Shown: positions 57,201 through 59,216 of the stretch, piece by piece
Numbering within the stretch: position 1 is the first letter of the stretch
Layout: each line of letters begins with the position of its first letter
IMG/VR virus record: IMGVR_UViG_3300024040_000027
Span: 1-59,216 of that record
Strand: one strand, 5' to 3'
DNA: 59,216 nucleotides
DNA from: a virus
Lineage: Duplodnaviria; Caudoviricetes
The notes under the pieces: model-generated
Databases searched by the model: none
Told to the model about the DNA's origin: nothing
The model's input: the letters and a program-made list of their open reading frames with translations, nothing else
Program-made: the position numbers and the translations under genes

Positions 57201-58701
57201 CGGGATGATGGGCGGATTGATGTTCGCGCAGTTCCTGGGCGGTTCGGTGGCATCTGCGCTCGTCAACATGACGCAGCCGATCGCGATGACCTTCCCGTAT
57301 TTGAGCCAATACGGTGGCATCGCACAGGCGGCGGCGCAGTTGACTGCCGCCGCGCGCGACGCCGGGAGGGCTTCCACCGGAGACGCCAAGCTGGATGCGG
57401 CGCTCAAGTTGGCCGCCGAAGAGGGCATTGTGTCGCCGCAGGAAGTGCATCAATTGAAGGCGCAGGCGGCCGGGCGCGGCGTTCTGCAGGCCGGAGACGG
57501 CACAAGGCTGGGCGATGCCGCCGCCAAGATGAACAACGCGTTGGCCAAACTGTCGCTCGGCTGGGGCAAGCTGTTCGCACTGGCTGAATTGACCAATCGC
57601 CGTATCACCTTTATCGCCGCCTACCGGGTGGCTGAGGCGCAGGGGATGGCCGATCCGGCGGCATTCGCAAAAGATGCTATTGAGGCAACCCAGGGCACTT
57701 ACAATGCCGGTAATAAACCTCGCTGGGCGCGCAGTACGCTGGGCGGCTTGGCGATGACCTTCAAGCAGTATTCGATCGCCTATATCGAACTGCTTGGGCG
57801 CATGGCATTTGCCGGAGAGCCGGGATCGCCAGAGCGCGCGGCCGGCCGGCGCGGCGCGCTGCTGATGCTGGCCGTGCTGTTTTTGATGTCGGGCGCTGAT
57901 GGCCTGCCTTTCGAGCAGGACATGGAGGATGTGATCGACGGCATCCTGCAGCGGATGGGCTACAACTTCAGCACCAAGCGCAAGAAAGAAGAGTTCTTGA
58001 CGGAAGTGCTGGGCGAGGGCGGCGCGGACTTCGCGCTGAAGGGGATTTCCGGCTTGCCTGGCGTGCCGATCGATGTGTCTGGCCGATTTGGCTTGGGCAA
58101 TCTCATTCCCGCAACCGGCCTCTTCACAAAAAAATCGTCATACACCCAGGACATTGGCGAATTGGCCGGACCGGCCGGCGACATTGCAAAGCGTGCCTTT
58201 ACGGCGGCCGGGAAAGCGGTTGGCGGGCAATTCGATGACGCCTTGATCGACCTGTCTCCGGTGGCGCTCCGCAACCTGGAAAAGGGCGCGCGCATGCTCC
58301 AGCATGGCGCCTACCGGGATACGCGCGGCTATGTGGTCAATGAGACAACGCCGGTCGAGGCGGTGCTGAAGATGGCGGGCTTCCAGCCGAACAGCACGGC
58401 GCATATCCAGGGCGCGAAAATGCAGGCGATCGACATGATCGAGCAAAACCGGATGCGCTCAAAGGAAATCCAGGAGCACTGGGCTCAGGGGCTGGCGAAC
58501 AACGATCCTGACAAGGTGCAGGAGGCGCGTGAGATGCGCGACGACTGGAACGAGAAGAATCCGGACACGCCGATCAAGGTCAACATGCCGGCCGTGATCC
58601 GGCGCGTGAAAGAAATGCGGCTGAGCGCGGCTGAGCGCACGAACAAAACCGCGCCCAAGGCACTGAAGAGCGCCGTGCAGCGCGAACTGGCGGGAGGCTA
58701 G
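48241..58701 (+). CDS. Giant DarB-like polyvalent protein: N6-MTase + SNF2 helicase + zincin + BECR (PBECR3-like) + PLxRFG domain
   Basis: YVGWGG, GNPPF, VGAGKS, VDEAHEFKN, TGTPISN, EQREGRIIRQG, HELAH, RHALNRHG, YAPLSRFG. Confidence 0.9.
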   Translation: MGSPSLCLSQNPLGKHRKEFDEKVAEVKALDEVGSQQAHVVAAQIMLREAEESRAAIVAQINANAKRDGYAVDWATFAQSLNHATLDTGLQHGGDDGQSNAGDDGAQALGRVAAAKDRGSEGIRQSERGNSGGGRSGAEVDSGADGERLPGARGRRNGAGQVHSSQAGRVRGRLGEPRTGGDGSGVPGNDAGAGGSGRSGVVSSAPNIPAQNFRITDDVRLGQGGEVEKFNDNLRAIRTLKQIEAEGRRATPEEQAILARYVGWGGLANAFPDPLSGTFKEAWSKRGPELAALLTPKEHQMAGRSTLDSHYTSQTVVNSMWAAAARLGFKGGMALESSMGVGNFLGLIPEWLSANTKFVGVEYDSLTSRIAALLYPQATILNSGFQSVPLSDGSFDLSIGNPPFGNQSLRFQFKPELNAHSIHNQFFLASIDAVKPGGLQIQVVSRYLMDAVDTSARAALAKKAKLIGAIRLPDTAFKENARTEVVTDILFLQRLTAQEQAEMEAAFAAARQKKEKNYQAEQERQALADRVPSWVNSTKVPDPLGGEPMQISRYFADHPEMIMGTLERSGSMAHGNDITVRLDKGESLAGMLDAAISRLPEGVMRQEQSAIDASIARHQAMSDALHIAISGQEQGAITFDADGNLQQVFERETPNGDFELAKRTLSATSPWSPELYQNDKGQWYKIEAVLDEAGKPVKQQVKNSITGEVRSTNKNVYGRVVFEKESDIPSGLLLGAEKFKRLKALVGLRDLLSDQLSMEAEDAGAAQIEGNRKALKEAYQKFVKDSGYINEPANAALVANMPDGALVLALELQYRPAISAAKAARIGEKVRGASATPAPILSERVIMKYEPPTSAASHADALAIAMAESGRVDMDRIASLLGRPTEDISAEMLGADKPMVFKDPESGEIVDRNEYLSGQVKRKLEAARNAGLSKNVEALTAVQPEPWGAESVTALLGSTWVPPAVYEAFIAHISGGNPRVSFSRLTNSFTVTNASRIRANEEEWGTDDVASASIINDLLNSRAVKVTRTDSDGKTYVDQEATALALLKAKAISNEFSDWVFADSDRRNLLVDTFNEKFNTRVNRQHDGSHLLLPGKVPDMIIKMRRHQKNAIWRGISERFMLLDHIVGAGKSFTAIARAMERRRMGLSKKPAIIVPNHMVQQFTSDAYRLYPGAKVLAATKRDFEKKNRRKFFAKIATGDFDIVIIPHSSFGFIGISPETEARYLEQELEAAEAAIKDAQAAADKEGGGGYRKPFGVKEAERLRDKITARMDKIRGADSKDRLLTFEQMGIDDLTVDEAHEFKNLFYSSRLTNVMGMGNKEGSQKAFDLYNKVRVLRDSPKGTVTFMTGTPISNSAVEMYTMMRFLAAKELDELGLSHFDAWRAQFVSTDADWEQNETGRLKEVNRLGRTWSNMRSLMDLYYSFTDSVSNDDIKSAYAEDNNGAQFPIPKVKDGDRQSVVVQPTEAQLSLLNHIIEEFDALPSINDPRERNIRRLKLRDRARKVSLDVRAADPTNPSDEQGGKLDKLAAEVHRIYQKWDKDLGTQLIFLDRSVPKAKGDDKTLKEYDALLAEQGKALADGDEDGLRRVGEKLEKYDSNEMAEMRSAQAGGWNAYQQIKDNLMALGIPSSEIRFIQEANNDAQKQAMFDAVNDGSVRVLIGSTPRMGAGTNVQQRLVALHHGDVTWKPSDIEQREGRIIRQGNMLLDKYGIDKFEVEILAYATEHTIDAKMWSLNSSKLKTINGIRKYDGAFSMEFEDAESVSMAELAALASGDPLLLERVKLMSEIDNLNLLKRQHARKEWGIISQIESAEKAIARIPAAISAMETDIERLRAAHAAVEAKVAAREIDIEGKTYSTPESAKLAAHAAQQAQQNGDDNAKFSISVNGRRKSTQNTYLDEISHVFGDTKPFEMVVNDEPYIGRTDAARLLAEKSSEIAGALGKGGEESIKMGTYMGFPLELTVGRSSHFDAFYATLSLLREDGSTLASADTSGIETSRFSTQALRPLLTRLDGDIDVDNKLRQISDSRRRLAAAQAELPELLAKKGAPFPKAEELDAKNARLEEVIRALSGDKADSAAAASGAVFSRGANMGGSPIGQDVNRTAVTEAEVRRVVDRILGTMPNANLPNFHIFDTFDALPAAVIDQAIKEGAKGTVDAVRNENGILLVRDRFTSTEHLEKAIFHELAHEGLRKLFGSDFVAKMNQLFLAVGGESGLRRIAAKHNISLDAYFKGFESNKEAYTPDERRATLTEELLAYIAEERPTLKSKVLEIVGMVRNWLREHGFSALPSGTNADILDILRRSRKALGAPQSVGGRLSGNAFLENKLGELARAARASGNENQTVVLGKLSAAEVALLSREGVAVDDGYSHAADMFAVRHALNRHGDERVEKSRGQLAITDNDVAQIAEAIAAPTAYVLGGKTPRKQDVVGTIKRLADGTLLYLEEVRSGRKTLSMTSMRKYPGTTDFDTIANSVLPSNARSDTGDVRIVYPDGRESQPGKDGRNFDPANHDIRFRRSDPRGQLGSALATAANSIKDVRLPADYLVGDFLSSNGKLSWWHKTIGTQYNLAKRSPLYAKVYDRVQSFIGDVSQYAVEAADQAPNILPKLENLADIWQKQPLTPEDTKAVSAPIFEGTLIWSRDAHGRPIKLSELEDAASRMTTEQKKDVLLQKGVIDDDQVRRWQANPLDFYDAAINNRYEQSELRGGIVWTPSELQTMFGLNAKQIGLYQEFRAATDRSLTSLAISDMLKFGGKDAEAVTEEAMGANDVGRAGELLRDHFMRLAEDDPAREKSLMDTATAMIDKADRAQDLMDRGYAPLSRFGHYTVYVQNGGEQVYFGMFENKAEAAKMARKMRENYPDAQITHGTASEESYKLFAGVSPETVELFGSMLGLDSQGDGAASEAYQAYLKLAKNSRSAMKRLIERKGVAGFSEDAGRVLAGFVYSNARLTSSNLHMGELNDAINDIPKAQGELKDAAVQLAEHVKNPQGGGGMMGGLMFAQFLGGSVASALVNMTQPIAMTFPYLSQYGGIAQAAAQLTAAARDAGRASTGDAKLDAALKLAAEEGIVSPQEVHQLKAQAAGRGVLQAGDGTRLGDAAAKMNNALAKLSLGWGKLFALAELTNRRITFIAAYRVAEAQGMADPAAFAKDAIEATQGTYNAGNKPRWARSTLGGLAMTFKQYSIAYIELLGRMAFAGEPGSPERAAGRRGALLMLAVLFLMSGADGLPFEQDMEDVIDGILQRMGYNFSTKRKKEEFLTEVLGEGGADFALKGISGLPGVPIDVSGRFGLGNLIPATGLFTKKSSYTQDIGELAGPAGDIAKRAFTAAGKAVGGQFDDALIDLSPVALRNLEKGARMLQHGAYRDTRGYVVNETTPVEAVLKMAGFQPNSTAHIQGAKMQAIDMIEQNRMRSKEIQEHWAQGLANNDPDKVQEAREMRDDWNEKNPDTPIKVNMPAVIRRVKEMRLSAAERTNKTAPKALKSAVQRELAGG
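48527..48847 (+). CDS. Nested +1-frame acidic helical protein (weakly TnpV-like)
   Basis: MDRATLAMMARKHWAEWLPQKTEDLKESGSL...; GGTGGTG SD-like; host frame here is a Gly/Arg-rich low-information linker. Confidence 0.7.
   Translation: MDRATLAMMARKHWAEWLPQKTEDLKESGSLNEEIQAAAAAAQKWIQELMASGYQEHEAAEMALARYILLKPEESEDDWESRELAEMEAEYQEMMREPEDPDDPES
55614..55684. ncRNA. Structured element 3' of PBECR3-like domain
   Basis: CCCCGGTA/TACCGGGG, GACGG/CCGTC, GACAC/GTGTC, CGC-CCGAA-GCG. Confidence 0.6.
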
Positions 58702-58824
58702 ATGGGCAAAATCAACTGGGGCGGCGCGGCGGTGTTGCTGGGCCTGATCGCGCTGGCGGTGGCGGTTCCGCTGCTGGCGCTGCCGATCGGCGTGGGGCTG
58801 GGTTATCTATACTGGAAAAGCTGA
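58702..58824 (+). CDS. Small hydrophobic protein (40 aa)
   Basis: Manual translation MGKINWGGAAVLLGLIALAVAVPLLALPIGVGLGYLYWKS; GGAGG RBS; coupled at both ends. Confidence 0.6.
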   Translation: MGKINWGGAAVLLGLIALAVAVPLLALPIGVGLGYLYWKS

Positions 58825-59216
58825 TGGCCGAAGAACGAAAACCGCTCCTTGCCGCTGGAGGCATCCGGCCCGCAAAGTCGGAAAAGCTGCCGAGCGACGA
58901 TGACATGGCCAAGATGACGTGGAATGATCTGTACCAGCTACGGGTCAAGGCGCGCGGTAATCCGGAGGCCCAGGCGGCGATTGCGCCGTATGAGCATCGG
59001 GCGTATGCGCGTGAAGAGGTGGCAAAAAATCCGCTGGCCGCGCCGGCTTGGGTGGTGATGCCTCCCGCCTATCAGGCGGCCAAAGCGGCCGGCCTGACGG
59101 ATAGCGATGACATGAGTTCGCCGGCCAGCATGAAGCAAGTGGCGCAGGGGCTTATCGGCGTCGCGGAAGGCGTTTCTGAAGGATCGCGGCGGCTATTGCG
59201 GCGCGCAGCTGAGTAA
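58824..59216 (+). CDS. Hypothetical protein
   Basis: TGATG coupling; IAPYEHRAYARE motif. Confidence 0.7.
   Translation: MAEERKPLLAAGGIRPAKSEKLPSDDDMAKMTWNDLYQLRVKARGNPEAQAAIAPYEHRAYAREEVAKNPLAAPAWVVMPPAYQAAKAAGLTDSDDMSSPASMKQVAQGLIGVAEGVSEGSRRLLRRAAE

Overview
The window holds most of a temperate, short-tailed (podovirus-type) phage or prophage. The host is probably a betaproteobacterium; Oxalobacteraceae is my inference from the HTH at 5058. Left to right it contains: the first PL early gene (hexapeptide repeats); an accessory block between OL and OR (membrane protein, ClpP/SDH-like serine protease, SNase nuclease, exported proteins); a cI/cro switch whose repressor has no autocleavage domain, next to a LexA-boxed candidate antirepressor; early genes with three methyltransferase loci and a GC-rich replication module with paired inverted iteron-like arrays; a P22-immI-like mnt/arc/ant module; and two structured non-coding regions. 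The late region carries terS/terL/portal/scaffold/N4-gp56-type capsid, adaptors, a tail fibre, holin/SAR endolysin/spanins, tail and ejection proteins, and two giant polyvalent proteins (2373 aa: SLT + PPase-like + 2 BECR-like domains; 3486 aa: DarB-like MTase-SNF2 helicase + zincin + BECR + PLxRFG). The most unusual signal is a second layer of information inside the giant genes. A multi-stem structured element directly follows each BECR nuclease-like domain, with synonymous compensatory changes between paralogues and a candidate antisense promoter behind it. An intact antisense HNH gene and a +1-frame small gene are also nested there. I saw no integrase, tRNA, rRNA, CRISPR array or reverse transcriptase. 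All family assignments are by-eye motif recognition, not database results.
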